Assembly (NCBI GenBank): GCA_963785755.1
Contig: CAWAXG010000068.1
Coordinates: 46,594 to 110,593, forward strand
Reading direction: 5' to 3'
DNA: 64,000 bases
Origin: an uncultured Acidobacteriota bacterium
Lineage (GTDB): Bacteria; Acidobacteriota; Vicinamibacteria; Vicinamibacterales; 2-12-FULL-66-21
A program made the translations under genes and the position numbers. Below are positions 10,720 through 21,210 of this stretch, piece after piece. The notes beneath the pieces were generated by a model. It was not told the origin of the DNA, searched no databases, and saw nothing but the letters and a program-made list of their open reading frames with translations. Position 1 is the stretch's first letter. Each line of letters opens with the position of its first letter.

Positions 10720-12397
10720 GTGGTCATCCACGCGCTCACCACCCGCCCGCGTACGGCCTGGCGCGTCGCCGTTGTCGCCGCCACGCTGGCGATCTGCGCC
10801 CCTCGCCTGTCGGCGCAGGGACAGCCAGCGGCGGGACCCGACCTGTCGCAGATCGTCTCGAGCGCGACGGTCGGCGAACCGTTCGTTCTGGAATACAACA
10901 ATCGCCCCATCACTGTTCTGCGGGCGACCATCCTGTCACGTTCCGCCGCAGACCGGGCCGCAGCCGCGGTCGGGAACATCGAGCGGGCGGTGCGCGAGGG
11001 TGTCCGGGGCCCGGTCACGACGCGTACGCTGCAGGATGTGACCATCGTCTCGATCGGTTCGCGGGACATCTTCGCCATCCTCCCGCAGGACCTCGATCAG
11101 CTCACCGGAGAGACACGGGAGAGCAAGGCCGCGGAAGCCGTGCCGCGCCTCGAGCAGGCGATCACGGAAGCGATCGAGCTGCGAACGCCCCGTCTCCTGC
11201 TCAAGGGTGCGGCCCTGGCCCTTCTGGCGACGGTGCTGTTCGGACTCCTCTTCGTCCTGGCCTGGCGGACATATCGGACCCTGGCCGTGCGGCTGCCGAG
11301 CGGCGCCGAACGGAAGCTCCATCAGCTCGCGGCGGGCAATGTCGCGCTGATCAAGGCGTCGCACGCGTCCGACGCTCCTGAGATTCGCCGTTCGGATCGC
11401 CTTCGTGATCGTGTCGCTGACGCTCACCTACATGTGGCTGACGTTCACCTTACGGCGCTTTCCATATACGCGACCGTGGGGTGAATCACTGCGCGCATTC
11501 CTGATCGAGCGCCTCACTGCGATGGGCCTCATGATCGCCGGCGCGATCCCCAATCTCTTCACCGTGCTGCTGATCGTGCTGCTGACCCGCTTTGCGGTGA
11601 AGCTCGCGCACGCCTTCTTCGACTCGGTCCGGGAAGGACGAGTGGACCTGCCCTATGTCCATCCCGAAACCGCACTGCCGACGCGGCGGATCGTCACCAC
11701 GCTGTTCTGCCTGCTCGGATTGGTCGTGGCTTACCCGTACCTTCCCGGCAGCGGCTCTGACGCCTTCAAGGGCCTGAGCGTGTTCGTCGGACTGGTGCTG
11801 TCGCTCGGCTCGAGCGGGGTCGTCAATCAGTTGATGAGCGGCCTGACGCTCACCTATTCGCGCGCCATGCGTCCGGGGGACTTCGTCCGAATCGGCGAAG
11901 TCGAGGGGACCATCACGCAGCTCGGCGGGCTGTCGACGAAGATCAAGACCCCACGCGGCGAGGAAGTGACGATCCCGAACGCCGTGGTGATGGGGCAGGT
12001 GACGACCAACTTCTCACGCTTCGCCGAGACCGACGGCGTCTACACCGCGACGTCTCTCACCATCGGCTACGACACCCCCTGGCGCCAGGTCCACGCCCTG
12101 CTGCTGCTTGCGGCGGAACGAACGCCAGGGATCCGCTCGCAGCCGAAGCCCGCCGTCAGACAGACCGCGCTGCAGGACTTCTACGTCCAATACACATTGC
12201 TGGTCAGTCTCGAGCAGCCGCATCTTCGCGCGCCGACCCTCGACGCGCTGCATGGCAATATCCAGGATGCGTTCAACGAATACGGCGTCCAGATCATGTC
12301 GCCGAACTACGAGGCCGATCCGGCGGGCCCCAAGGTGGTCCCGCCCGAGCAGTGGTATGCGGCACCCGCCAAGCCGGCGGTCGCCGAGCGCGTGTAG
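10720..12397 (+). pseudogene. Mechanosensitive ion channel (MscS family) with large N-terminal periplasmic domain; one frameshift
   Basis: ORF 10639..11484 holds the signal peptide and periplasmic domain and has an in-frame GTG at 10720. ORF 11405..12397 holds the TM helices and MscS beta-domain (GDFVRIGEVEGTITQLGGLSTKIKTPRGEEVTIPN). They are consecutive. Frame 2 opens at 11351, so the shift lies at about 11351-11380. Confidence 0.8.
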
Positions 12398-12528
12398 ACC
12401 TAGCCAGGCTCGCACTCCAGACCATCGAGCCTCCGCGCTCGCTCGGTCGCATGTCGTTGATAACGTCGCGCTGGCGCGAGGACGGCTTGACCCGGAAACT
12501 TATCATTACGCAGAAGGAGCGTCAGCCT

Positions 12529-13503
12529 CTAACGCGCCCACGCGTAGTTGTAGCCGACGGCAATCGAGGTGAAGTCGGCGCCGATTGTGGTGAACGCCCC
12601 TCGGCTGACGGACATGCGGATCGCCTGCCCGCGGGTGAATGCCCTTGAAAACGTGGCGCCGATTCGTGAGTTGCGCTGCAGGTCGAGGTTCTGTCGCCCG
12701 CCGATCGTCGTCCGTCCCCCGGTGAAGTAATTGGCATCCCCCGCCAGCCACATGGTGCGCGTGAACCGGTACGTGACATGGAGCTGCGTCGCGACAATCG
12801 GATCCTGCTCACGAGTGCGTCCGCCGACGAAGTCCGTGTTGTCCGTGAAGAACCAGACCCCGGCCATGGCCTCCACGACCCACTTGCCGAAGGCGTGCGA
12901 GACGCCGACCTCCGGCTTGAGCGACCAGCGATTGGTTCCAAGGTTGATCAGCCTCGCCGGATCGTATTGTCCGAGGGGCGGCGCGGCGGTCAGGCTGACG
13001 CCGACAATGGTCTGCAGACGATACGAGGCGAACGCCTTGGGCGTCATCGCCGGCGCCCCATAGAGGTTCATCGCCAGTCGCATTCTCGGATCGCCCAGTC
13101 CGAACCGGGTGACCTCAGCGGGTTCGCCCAGGTAGAGGCCTTCCACGTGGCCGCCAACCATGGGCACCACCACGCCCGCATTGGCCGACCGTCCCGCCAG
13201 GCTGAACACCCGCGTGAACGCGAACGCGGTGGTGTTGATCCTGGCACTCGCCTCATCGATGGGTGCCGCGGGATCGAACGCCAGATCGCCCCAGTTGAAG
13301 TTGTTGATGGCAGTGATGATGTGCAACCCGGTCGGGAGCGGCCAGTAGGCGCCGGGCTCGAGCTCCTGCGCCGATCCGGACACCGGCATCAGGAGGAGCC
13401 CGAGTGCGGCGGCGGTGCAGAGGAAGGATGCGCCCGGACGCCGCCTCACGTGCGATCTACTGGAAGCCAGGGTCGATCCATCGCCAACACTGCCTCCATC
13501 CAT
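12529..13503 (-). CDS. Outer-membrane beta-barrel transporter (MetA-pathway/phenol-degradation-like family)
   Basis: Signal peptide ending in SGSAQE. Alternating beta-strand pattern with terminal aromatic residues (SIAVGYNYAWAR). Resembles the Phenol_MetA_deg family. The exact start is uncertain. Confidence 0.7.
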   Translation of the reverse strand: MDGGSVGDGSTLASSRSHVRRRPGASFLCTAAALGLLLMPVSGSAQELEPGAYWPLPTGLHIITAINNFNWGDLAFDPAAPIDEASARINTTAFAFTRVFSLAGRSANAGVVVPMVGGHVEGLYLGEPAEVTRFGLGDPRMRLAMNLYGAPAMTPKAFASYRLQTIVGVSLTAAPPLGQYDPARLINLGTNRWSLKPEVGVSHAFGKWVVEAMAGVWFFTDNTDFVGGRTREQDPIVATQLHVTYRFTRTMWLAGDANYFTGGRTTIGGRQNLDLQRNSRIGATFSRAFTRGQAIRMSVSRGAFTTIGADFTSIAVGYNYAWAR

Positions 13504-13554
13504 TCGCTCCTCAACCGCTGCGGCCTACGCCTGTGTGAATCGTCCCGGGAGTGA

Positions 13555-13585
13555 CCACCGGTGCGGGCTAAATCCGCACCGGTGG
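13555..13585 (-). terminator. Perfect 12-bp stem hairpin downstream of the sulfatase gene
   Basis: CCACCGGTGCGG-gctaaat-CCGCACCGGTGG lies 10 nt past the sulfatase stop (13595). There is no clear U-tract, so an intrinsic-terminator call is tentative. Confidence 0.4.
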
Positions 13586-13594
13586 CGACTGGAG

Positions 13595-15972
13595 CTATTG
13601 CCGCGCCATCGCGATGCGCAGCCGTTCTTCTGGCGAGATGAAATGGTCCGCGTCCTGGGCGTCTTTGTCCAGGTCGATCTGCACCCAGTTGATCTTCCCG
13701 TTGAACCGGCTGGAGTGGGCGTCGTAGTCGGGGCTGACGCTCGTGCCCGACTCGTAGCCGATGTCGGTCGTCTCGTCCGCCGAGAAGACGAACCCTTGCG
13801 TCTGGTCGACCCGGCCCTTCCCTACTGCCTTGCCGTCGCAGTAGAGCGTGACGTTGCCGCCTTTGCCCGGACCGCCGCCGTCATAGGCGAACTCCATACG
13901 CACCTGGGTTTTTCCAGCAGGAATGGGGCTGGAGGATTCGACCTCGTACGACGTGATGCCGAGCACGTTGTAGACGAATTTGGCTTTGCCGCCCTTGGCG
14001 TAGAGGCTCCAGCCGCCGAATCGGCCGCCCTGCGCGATCAGCACGCCTTCGGCACCCTTGGCGGGCACGTCGAGATCGGCGGTGACGGCGAACGACTTGT
14101 TCTTGACGCTGACGACGCTGTTCTCGGAGAGGCGGCCCATCCCGGCAAACAGCAGCTGCCGGTTCCCCTTGATCAGCGCCGGTCGGCCGGCCATCTCGGG
14201 CACGAAGCGCTCGATCTGGCGGTCGTCGAGCGGCAGCACGTTGTACTTGACCGCTTCGATCAGCCACAGCCGCTGCAGCTCGTGGAGCTTCTCGGGCATC
14301 TTCTTCGACAGGTCGTTGGCCTGCGTCCAGTCCTTGCTGCCGTCGTACAGCTCCCACACATCGTCGTCGAAGGCCGGCATCTTCTCGCCGCCCATTGCCC
14401 ACGGCGTGCGGTGCTTGGTTACCGCGCTCCAGCCTTTGTGATAGATGCCGCGGTTGCAGAACATCTCGAAGTACTGCGTCTCGTGCCGTTCTGCCGCTTT
14501 CGCGTCGTTGAAGCTGTAGAGCATGCTGGTGCCTTCGTACGGGCTCTGCTGCACGCCGTTGACCATCGTCGGCTCGGGGAGGCCGGCTGCTTCCAGCACC
14601 GTCGGGGCAAGGTCGATCACGTGGCTGAACTGATGACGCACGCCGCCCTTTTCTTTGATGCCGTTTGGCCAGTGCACGATCGTGCCGTTGCGGGTCCCGC
14701 CCCAGTGCGACGCGACCTGCTTCGTCCACTGATAGGGGGAATCCATCGCCCAGGCCCAGCCCACGGCAAAGTGGCCGTACCAATCCCTCGCCGCCGAACT
14801 CCTCGAGCTTCGACATCATGAACTCGGGTGTCTCGAGAGCAGCCATGCCGTTGAAGTTCGCCATCTCGTTGAAGGCGCCCTGGAGCGTGCCCTCAGCCGA
14901 CGCGCCGTTGTCGCCGATGATGTAATAGATCAGCGTGTCGTCGAGCACTTCGATGATCCTTGAGCGCGTCGATCAACCGTCCCAGGTGATGGTCGGTGTG
15001 CTCCATGAATGCCGCGTACACTTCCATCTCGCGCTCGAGCACCGGCTTGAGCTTGGGATCCATGGCATCCCAGGCTGGAATGGCGGCGTGCCGCGGCGTC
15101 AGCTCGGCGTCGGCGCCGATCACCCCCAGTTTCTTTTGCTGGTTGAACGTGATCTCGCGCTGCTTGTCCCAGCCGTGGGCGAACTTGCCCTTGTACTTGT
15201 CGATCCACTCCTTCGGGACGTGATGCGGCGCGTGCGTGGCTCCCGGCGCGAAGTAGATGAAGAACGGCTTGTCTGGCAGCAGCGCTTTCTGCTGGCGCGT
15301 CCAGGCGATCGCCTTATCGGTCAGGTCTTCGGTCAGGTGATAGCCCTCGGCGGGCGTTTTGGGCGGCTCGATCGGCGTCGTCCCCTCATAGAGCGCAGGG
15401 TCCCACTGGTTGTTCTCGCCGCCGATGAAGCCGTAGAAGTACTCGAACCCGCCACCGCCGGTCGGCCACGCGCTGAACGGTCCTGCCGGACTGGTCTGCC
15501 ACACCGGGACCTCGTGGCATTTGCCGAACTGCGCCGTCGAGTAGCCATTGAGCTTGAGGGTGAGTGGGAGAGGCGCCTTGGTGTTGGGTAGCACGGAGCT
15601 GTAGCCTGGCGCGGCCGTTGCGATCTCGGTGATGCCGCCCATGCCGACCGAGTGGTGGTTGCGCCCGGTGAGCAGCGCCTGCCGGGTGGGCGAGCACAAG
15701 GCGGTCGTGTGGAAGCGCGTGTACTTCAGCCCGCCCTTTGCGAGCTTCTCGATGTTCGGGGTCTGGCACGGACCGCCAAACGCGCTCGTCGCGCCGTATC
15801 CCACATCGTCGATGAGGATCACCAGTACATTGGGCGCGCCCTTGGGCGGCCGCACGTCCTTGATCGGCGGGAACTTCGTGTCCCGATCCTTCGCGTCATA
15901 CGTGATCAAGCCCGGGTGCTGAATGTCGGGAATCGGGAGGTTCGAACGGTTGACGTCGTTGCGGTTGCTCAT
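13595..15972 (-). pseudogene. Arylsulfatase (Cys-type, formylglycine-dependent), interrupted by two frameshifts
   Basis: Three consecutive pieces in three frames: 14893..15972 (LVILIDDVGYG, CSPTRQALLTGRN sulfatase signature), 13881..14948 (LDDTLIYYIIGDNGAS), and 13595..14764 (GWAWAMDSPYQWTKQVASHWGGTRNG). Junctions lie at about 14948-14960 and 14765-14795. Confidence 0.88.
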
Positions 15973-16047
15973 GCACCTAGCTCCAAGAAGATGAAAGAAC
16001 TGATTCGGGAATGGATCGCCAATACCGGGACAGATCCCGATCCACGC

Positions 16048-17748
16048 TCAGCCGAGCGACGTGGGTCGGCCAGATCGACGGGGCAAGAAACGGTCCAGCA
16101 GCCGACGCACACAATCTCGCGGAAAACCTTCGCAACGGCGCGCCGTGAGTGAAGGGTCCCATCCGCCGTCACGACATGCCGTTAGCGCGCCTCCCTTCCT
16201 CGTCTTCGTTCTGGGCGTACGCGAGCTTGCCGCTGTGCACCAGACGCCGGGGCGGAACGCGAACTCGCCACCAACCGCGAGCGATTTGCGTCGACGTGCT
16301 CCCGGTCGACGCATACGAGGTAACGCCTTCAATGAGTGGCTGGGTTGTTGTGGAGTGGAGGGCTGCGCCTGCTGCAGTCCTCCGCCGTGGCAGTGCTTGA
16401 ACTTGCGCCCGCTTCCACAGGGACAGGGATCATTGCGCCCGCAGGCGCCGTAAGTCTTGCGCAGCCGCTCCGCCTCTTCGGCGGCGAGCAGCGCCATCAC
16501 TTCGTCCGCGTAGTGCCCGCGGCGCAGCAGATCGGCCATGAGCCGCATCGGCCGATCGACGTGATGGAAGAAGGCTTTGTAGCCGGCGCAGAGATAGTTC
16601 AGGCCGGGCTCGCCATCCGGCGTGGCGATGAAGCGATTCTTGGGACATTCCCCGTGGCACGCGAACCGCACGTCGCACTCACGGCAGTAGCGAGGGAGGG
16701 TGTCGCGCTTGGCGTTCCCGAAGAGGCGCTGCTGATCGGACGAGACGAGCTGCAGCATGTGCACCTTGCGGATGTTCCCGAGCAGATGCTTCGGCTCGAC
16801 GAAGTGATCGCAGGAATAGAGATCGCCGTTGTGCTCCAGCGCGACGGCGCTGCCGCAGGTTTCGGCAAAGATGCACATGCCAGCCTGGACGCCGGTCCAG
16901 GAGGCCAGGGCGGCGTCGAACATCTGCACGAAGACCGACCCGACGTCCGCCTTGATCCATTCATCGAAGACGCCGGTCAGGAATGCGCCCCATTGCTCCG
17001 GGGTCACACTGCGGTCGGTGACGTCGTGGCCGTCCTGCAGGTAGAGGGGCCGCGGATCGCTGCCCCGGGCGCCCCATCCAAGGTTGGCCAGCGGCAGCAT
17101 CTCCTTCGTCACGCGCTCGACGATCGGGATGAACTGGATGAAATGCGTGCCCACGTCGTCTCGAAGAAAGCGGTAGACCTCGAGCGGATGGCCGGCGTTG
17201 GCGGCATTGACGGTGGTGAGGACGTTGAACTCGACGCCATGCTCCTGCATCAGGCGGGCGGCCCGCATGACCTTGTCGAACGTCGGACGTCCTCCCTTGT
17301 CGACGCGATAGCAATCGTGCATCTCGCGCGGGCCGTCCAGGCTGAGACCGACCAGGAACCGGTAGTCGCGGAAGAACTCACACCATTCGTCGGTGAGCTC
17401 CGTGCCGTTGGTCTGGATCGTGTGCTCGATGGAGGTCCCGGGCGTGCGGTATTTCTGCACGTACTCGATTGCCCGCCGGAAGAAGTCGAGCCCCATGAGC
17501 GTTGGTTCGCCGCCCTGCCAGGCGATGGTGATGTCGGGGCCCGGCTGCGATTCGAGGAGCTGCCGGATGTACACCTCGAGCAGGTCGTCCGCCATGCGGA
17601 ATCGATCGCCGGGATACAGCATCTCCTTGGACAGGAAGAAGCAGTACTTGCAGTCGAGATTGCAGATGGCGCCAGTCGGCTTCGCGAGCACGTGAAAATG
17701 ACGCAGCGTGCTCGCGATCGGCAGCCTCGGCTCAGCGGCGGTGATCAT
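16048..17748 (-). CDS. Anaerobic sulfatase-maturating enzyme (radical SAM/SPASM) with C-terminal SEC-C motif; 3' end doubtful
   Basis: CNLDCKYCF radical-SAM cluster motif, Cys-rich SPASM region (CDHF, CRECDVRFACHGECPKNR) and SEC-C motif CPCGSGRKFKHCH. The last ~110 aa are Arg-rich low-complexity sequence, so the real stop is probably near 16380 and has been lost or shifted. Confidence 0.85.
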   Translation of the reverse strand: MITAAEPRLPIASTLRHFHVLAKPTGAICNLDCKYCFFLSKEMLYPGDRFRMADDLLEVYIRQLLESQPGPDITIAWQGGEPTLMGLDFFRRAIEYVQKYRTPGTSIEHTIQTNGTELTDEWCEFFRDYRFLVGLSLDGPREMHDCYRVDKGGRPTFDKVMRAARLMQEHGVEFNVLTTVNAANAGHPLEVYRFLRDDVGTHFIQFIPIVERVTKEMLPLANLGWGARGSDPRPLYLQDGHDVTDRSVTPEQWGAFLTGVFDEWIKADVGSVFVQMFDAALASWTGVQAGMCIFAETCGSAVALEHNGDLYSCDHFVEPKHLLGNIRKVHMLQLVSSDQQRLFGNAKRDTLPRYCRECDVRFACHGECPKNRFIATPDGEPGLNYLCAGYKAFFHHVDRPMRLMADLLRRGHYADEVMALLAAEEAERLRKTYGACGRNDPCPCGSGRKFKHCHGGGLQQAQPSTPQQPSHSLKALPRMRRPGARRRKSLAVGGEFAFRPGVWCTAASSRTPRTKTRKGGALTACRDGGWDPSLTARRCEGFPRDCVRRLLDRFLPRRSGRPTSLG

Positions 17749-18200
17749 GTCGTCCCCTGATGGTCCGCATGGTCAGGCGAGAGCGTTGACGCCTGCTTCT
17801 TCGCCTTGGTAAGAAAACAGCTTCCGCACCACGGCTCGACCTCCTGCCCGGTGCACCCGTGTTCAGTCGATTCCCGTGGGACAGCAAGAAAATGGCCGCG
17901 ACGTAACCCGGTTCGGCGGCCTGAAATGCGCCGTTGCCCCGCCTGATGACGACTGGCCCGCGCGTGACCAACCGCCCGCGTCACTGCGGGTCGTCAGGGC
18001 GCTCACAAGATGCCGTTACCGATCGCCTGACCGCAGCATCCACGGGGGTCCGGAGGCCGGTTTCAGCGGCATGCCGGTTGCTCATCACCAGATTCTTCCG
18101 CCTCACCAGCTGCGGAAGGCCACCAGGCCTTGTCCGCGAAGCGTGCGCGCGATGGCGGAAGGCGGAAGCCATAGATCTCGTGAGGCGCGAAGGATTCGAT

Positions 18201-18761
18201 ATGACGCTCGCATCGATTGGAACCGGCCGCCGGCTCATCGACCCTGCGCGCCGCGCTGACCTGGCCAGCCTTGGCGTGGTCCTCACAGCCACTGCCGGAT
18301 TCAGCAGCGCCCCGCGTCAGCGGCAGGGGGGACCTGTCGATCAGGGAAGAGGATCGCTGACGGCCGCGCGCAAGTTTCTCGAGGGCCGGTGGTCGCTGGA
18401 GTCGTTCGAGGTCTACCCGGAAGGCAAAGCGCCGATCGCCTTGAAAGGGAGCGGCACGCTGTCCTATGACAACTTCGGGAATCTGAAGGTGGACATTCGC
18501 GCCGACCAGGCAACAGGGGATCTGCTCCGCGCCGCCGGCATCGACATCCGCGACGGCGTAATCTCGTCAGACGGACGCACGGCCGTCGACATGCAGAACC
18601 GCACCCTCACCTACGTCGTCACTGGACAGACTCCGAACACTGGACCGCTGGCGCTCAATCGTCCGCGGCACTGGCAGGTCGAAGGCGATCTGCTCACCCT
18701 GACGACGAAAGACGACGCCGGCAAGCCGCTGTCGATCGGCCGCTGGAGAAAGAGCCCGTAG
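18201..18761 (+). CDS. Lipocalin-like domain protein
   Basis: ATG 18201. GRWSLESFEVYPEGK...GTLSYDNFGNLKV...LTYVV...WQVEGDLLTLT pattern typical of the lipocalin-like (YceI/DUF-type) domain. Confidence 0.6.
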   Translation: MTLASIGTGRRLIDPARRADLASLGVVLTATAGFSSAPRQRQGGPVDQGRGSLTAARKFLEGRWSLESFEVYPEGKAPIALKGSGTLSYDNFGNLKVDIRADQATGDLLRAAGIDIRDGVISSDGRTAVDMQNRTLTYVVTGQTPNTGPLALNRPRHWQVEGDLLTLTTKDDAGKPLSIGRWRKSP

Positions 18762-18810
18762 CTCGCAATCGGCGAGCATCGCAGATTCGGCAATTCGAAG
18801 GAGGTTTCCC

Positions 18811-19389
18811 TTGCGGTTACGCTGTGCTGCAACTCTCGTCCTGCTCGCGGGTGCTGTCGCCACCGGTTCGGCCCAGACCGCCAGCCGCCACGTCGGCGCG
18901 CCGGAGACATTCAGCGCGAACGCCAACGTCGCCAAACCCGGGACCGGCGCCATTGCCGCGACCATACAAGTCCACATCGAGCGATACACGCCGGACGCGG
19001 ACCGCAACGCCGTGCAGTCCGCTCTGGCCCAGGGATATCCGGTTTTCCTGACCGCTTTGCGCAAGGCGCCCGAAGTCGGGTACGTGCAATTGGGCGATCA
19101 GAAGACGCCCATCCGCTGGGCGCGTCAGACCGCAACCCCTAAGGGCCGCACGATCGTCGTCGTCACGGACAAGCCGGTGTTCTTCGTCGGCGGTGGCGCC
19201 ACGGATGCCAAGCCGCGCGCCGGGTACGAGGTCGCCGTGATCCAGCTGGAGGTCGACGACATCGGGCTCGGCACCGGCACGATGGCGGCCGCCGCACGCG
19301 TGAAGCCGGGCGGCGACACCGGTGTTCGCATCGACGACTACGCGGAAGCTCCGGTCAAGCTGGTCACGGTCAGCAGAAAGATCAAGTAG
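18811..19389 (+). CDS. Hypothetical secreted protein
   Basis: TTG start preceded by GAAGGAGG. Signal peptide MRLRCAATLVLLAGAVATGSAQ. No recognisable family. Confidence 0.6.
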   Translation: MRLRCAATLVLLAGAVATGSAQTASRHVGAPETFSANANVAKPGTGAIAATIQVHIERYTPDADRNAVQSALAQGYPVFLTALRKAPEVGYVQLGDQKTPIRWARQTATPKGRTIVVVTDKPVFFVGGGATDAKPRAGYEVAVIQLEVDDIGLGTGTMAAAARVKPGGDTGVRIDDYAEAPVKLVTVSRKIK

Positions 19390-19421
19390 CAGGCTTCGAC
19401 TCGCTCCGCGAGTCGAAGGCG

Positions 19422-19808
19422 TCACGCCCTGGCAATGACGCCCATGAGCGCGGCGACGCCGAGCACAGCGATGAGCGCCGCAACCGGCCCGGCGACCGAT
19501 TTGGGGATTGTTCCGTATTCCTGTTTCATCAGCCGGAGGCTCTCGTGGTGCTGGAGCCCAGCGAGCAACAAGGCCACCAGCCCCGTCCCAATCATGAGGA
19601 TCGCGAACCCGCGCGGACCGATCAGCCGCTGCGGCGGCACCGGTCCCTTCAGCTCCAGCTGGAAGAACTTGTAAATGGTGAACCCGAACGAGATCAGCGA
19701 CGCCGCGGTCCTGATCCAGGCCATCATCGTCCGCTCATACGCGAGCCGCGTGCGATCGATCGCCAGACGCGTGCCCGTGTCGAGCGTCGGCGGGTTCGAC
19801 GGCGTCAT
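19422..19808 (-). CDS. DUF202 (YidH-like) membrane protein
   Basis: LAYERTMMAWIRTAASLISFGF motif plus two further TM helices. Confidence 0.75.
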   Translation of the reverse strand: MTPSNPPTLDTGTRLAIDRTRLAYERTMMAWIRTAASLISFGFTIYKFFQLELKGPVPPQRLIGPRGFAILMIGTGLVALLLAGLQHHESLRLMKQEYGTIPKSVAGPVAALIAVLGVAALMGVIARA

Positions 19809-19919
19809 GGCCTGGAGGCTCCTCGAGCGGCGCGGCTCGAACTGCGGATCAACATCGGGCCGGTCACGCGGCCCATCAGGTGCTCGTAAAAGCGACTGAA
19901 CACGTCGTCCATCGGATGC

Positions 19920-20285
19920 CTACCTCTGCGCCCCCCGTTCGGCGCGGCCGCCCTCCGCCACGGTCCATGGCCAGCGACCCTCGATCTCGACCACCAGCGA
20001 CCAGCTCAGAAACGTCCGCACGATCACGAGCAGCGCGAGGATGCCGACGTTCGTGAGCGAGGCTTCGAGCGTCACCGTGCGGACGATGTCTGCAGCGACG
20101 AGGAACTCGAGGCCGAGCAGCAAGGCTCTGGCGAGCTGCGCCTTGTACTGCTCATAGGCGTCGTCGAGGCGCTGCTGGATGTGAAGGAGGAATCGTCCGG
20201 TGCCATGGACGATGGCGATGATGATAATCGCGACGGCCAGCACCTCGATGGCGGTGGCGGCGAGCTCGATCCATTCCCTGACCAT
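19920..20285 (-). CDS. DUF1622 membrane protein
   Basis: Small 3-TM protein with EVLAVAIIIIAIVHG and LLLGLEFLVAADIVRTV, as recalled for DUF1622. Confidence 0.65.
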   Translation of the reverse strand: MVREWIELAATAIEVLAVAIIIIAIVHGTGRFLLHIQQRLDDAYEQYKAQLARALLLGLEFLVAADIVRTVTLEASLTNVGILALLVIVRTFLSWSLVVEIEGRWPWTVAEGGRAERGAQR

Positions 20286-20383
20286 GAGCCGGTTACTTGC
20301 CTGCGCCGAGCTGACGGCGTGCCCGCACGATCAATCGGCGCTCCGGTGAGACCCGCGTCACAACGAGCTCCCCACGGAACCGC

Positions 20384-20668
20384 TCATCGCTTCCCACCTG
20401 GTCCGCGCATCCGCGCTCTCCACGGGGACTCGAGCTGCAACCGGATGTATCCCGGCACGCCGGTGAGCGTGGCGCCGCGCGCCTCGACGCGCTGAATGGC
20501 TTCGAGCCCGGCGGCGTCGGCCGACACGAGGTCTGTCAGATCCAGCTGCAGCGGGCCGGGCTCGCTGCAGGCAATCAGCAGCTCAGGGACCTGCGCTTCG
20601 CCGAGGCGGCCTGCCAGACGCACGACCCGTCGATCCTGTTCCTGCGCCACGCCAATCCAGCAGTCCAC
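20384..20668 (-). CDS. Short STAS-like (anti-sigma-antagonist-like) protein
   Basis: VVRLAGRLGEAQVPELL...LQLDLTDLVSADAAGLEAI pattern. Weak call. Confidence 0.4.
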   Translation of the reverse strand: MDCWIGVAQEQDRRVVRLAGRLGEAQVPELLIACSEPGPLQLDLTDLVSADAAGLEAIQRVEARGATLTGVPGYIRLQLESPWRARMRGPGGKR

Positions 20669-20975
20669 GATCGAGAGCTGATCGCAAGACTGACGCCGTC
20701 ACCAGCGGGAGGCTCGGAGATGTCACTAAGTCCAGTCCGCGCGTGATTTGCACGTCCGGGCCGGGCCGGCAGGTACTGCCGGCGGTGGTCAAGGTCACGA
20801 CATGCCGTGATCGAGTCTCGAAACGTTGGGACGGCAGCGCGGCGAAGCTCCCGGTTTCGCCAGCCACACGCGAGGGTCGCGACAGAACGCGTCACGGAAC
20901 CGCTGATTCGCGAGAACGTCCGACTGTCGGACCGTCTCTTGCACAGGTCCGGAATGACTCGTTGGTGTGTGCGAA

Positions 20976-21085
20976 GGGGTCGGATCTTGTATTTCAACAT
21001 GTGCTCTGCCCTGGTCTGAGTCGAGGCTGTCAGTAGCGAACCAAGGACTTTGGGTGGCACATGTTGAAATACAAGACCTGACCCC
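20976..21085. repeat. 110-nt imperfect palindrome: 29-nt AT-rich inverted arms around a 52-nt spacer
   Basis: Left arm 20976-21004 is GGGGTCGGATCTTGTATTTCAACATGTGC. Right arm 21057-21085 is GCACATGTTGAAATACAAGACCTGACCCC. The inner 19 nt match perfectly (CTTGTATTTCAACATGTGC). It lies 125 nt upstream of the Omp85-like gene. Confidence 0.8.
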
Positions 21086-21210
21086 TTCAGGAGCTTCCAG
21101 GGCGCGATCCGTTGCGGGATTCTCCCGGCCGGCACGTTCGACGGGCCTTCCTGGCCGGTCGGGAACACGCACGGCGGAGGGCGACGTCGGCGACGTCAAG
21201 GAGGGCCGGC

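Noticed and set aside
20941-20975. CAGGTCCGGAA, reminiscent of the conserved domain IV of SRP (4.5S) RNA.
   Set aside because: The following conserved GGAAGCAGC-type sequence and the complementary strand of the helix are absent. The match covers only about 11 nt.
21055-21075. TGGCAC in the right arm of the palindrome (and CTGGCAC at positions 3-9 of the window), considered as sigma-54 -24 elements because an enhancer-binding protein is encoded at 3780..5402.
   Set aside because: The -12 element is missing at the right spacing: TGGCAC-ATGTT-GAAA here and TGGCAC-ACAAG-CGCG at the window start, against the consensus TGGCAC-N5-TTGC.
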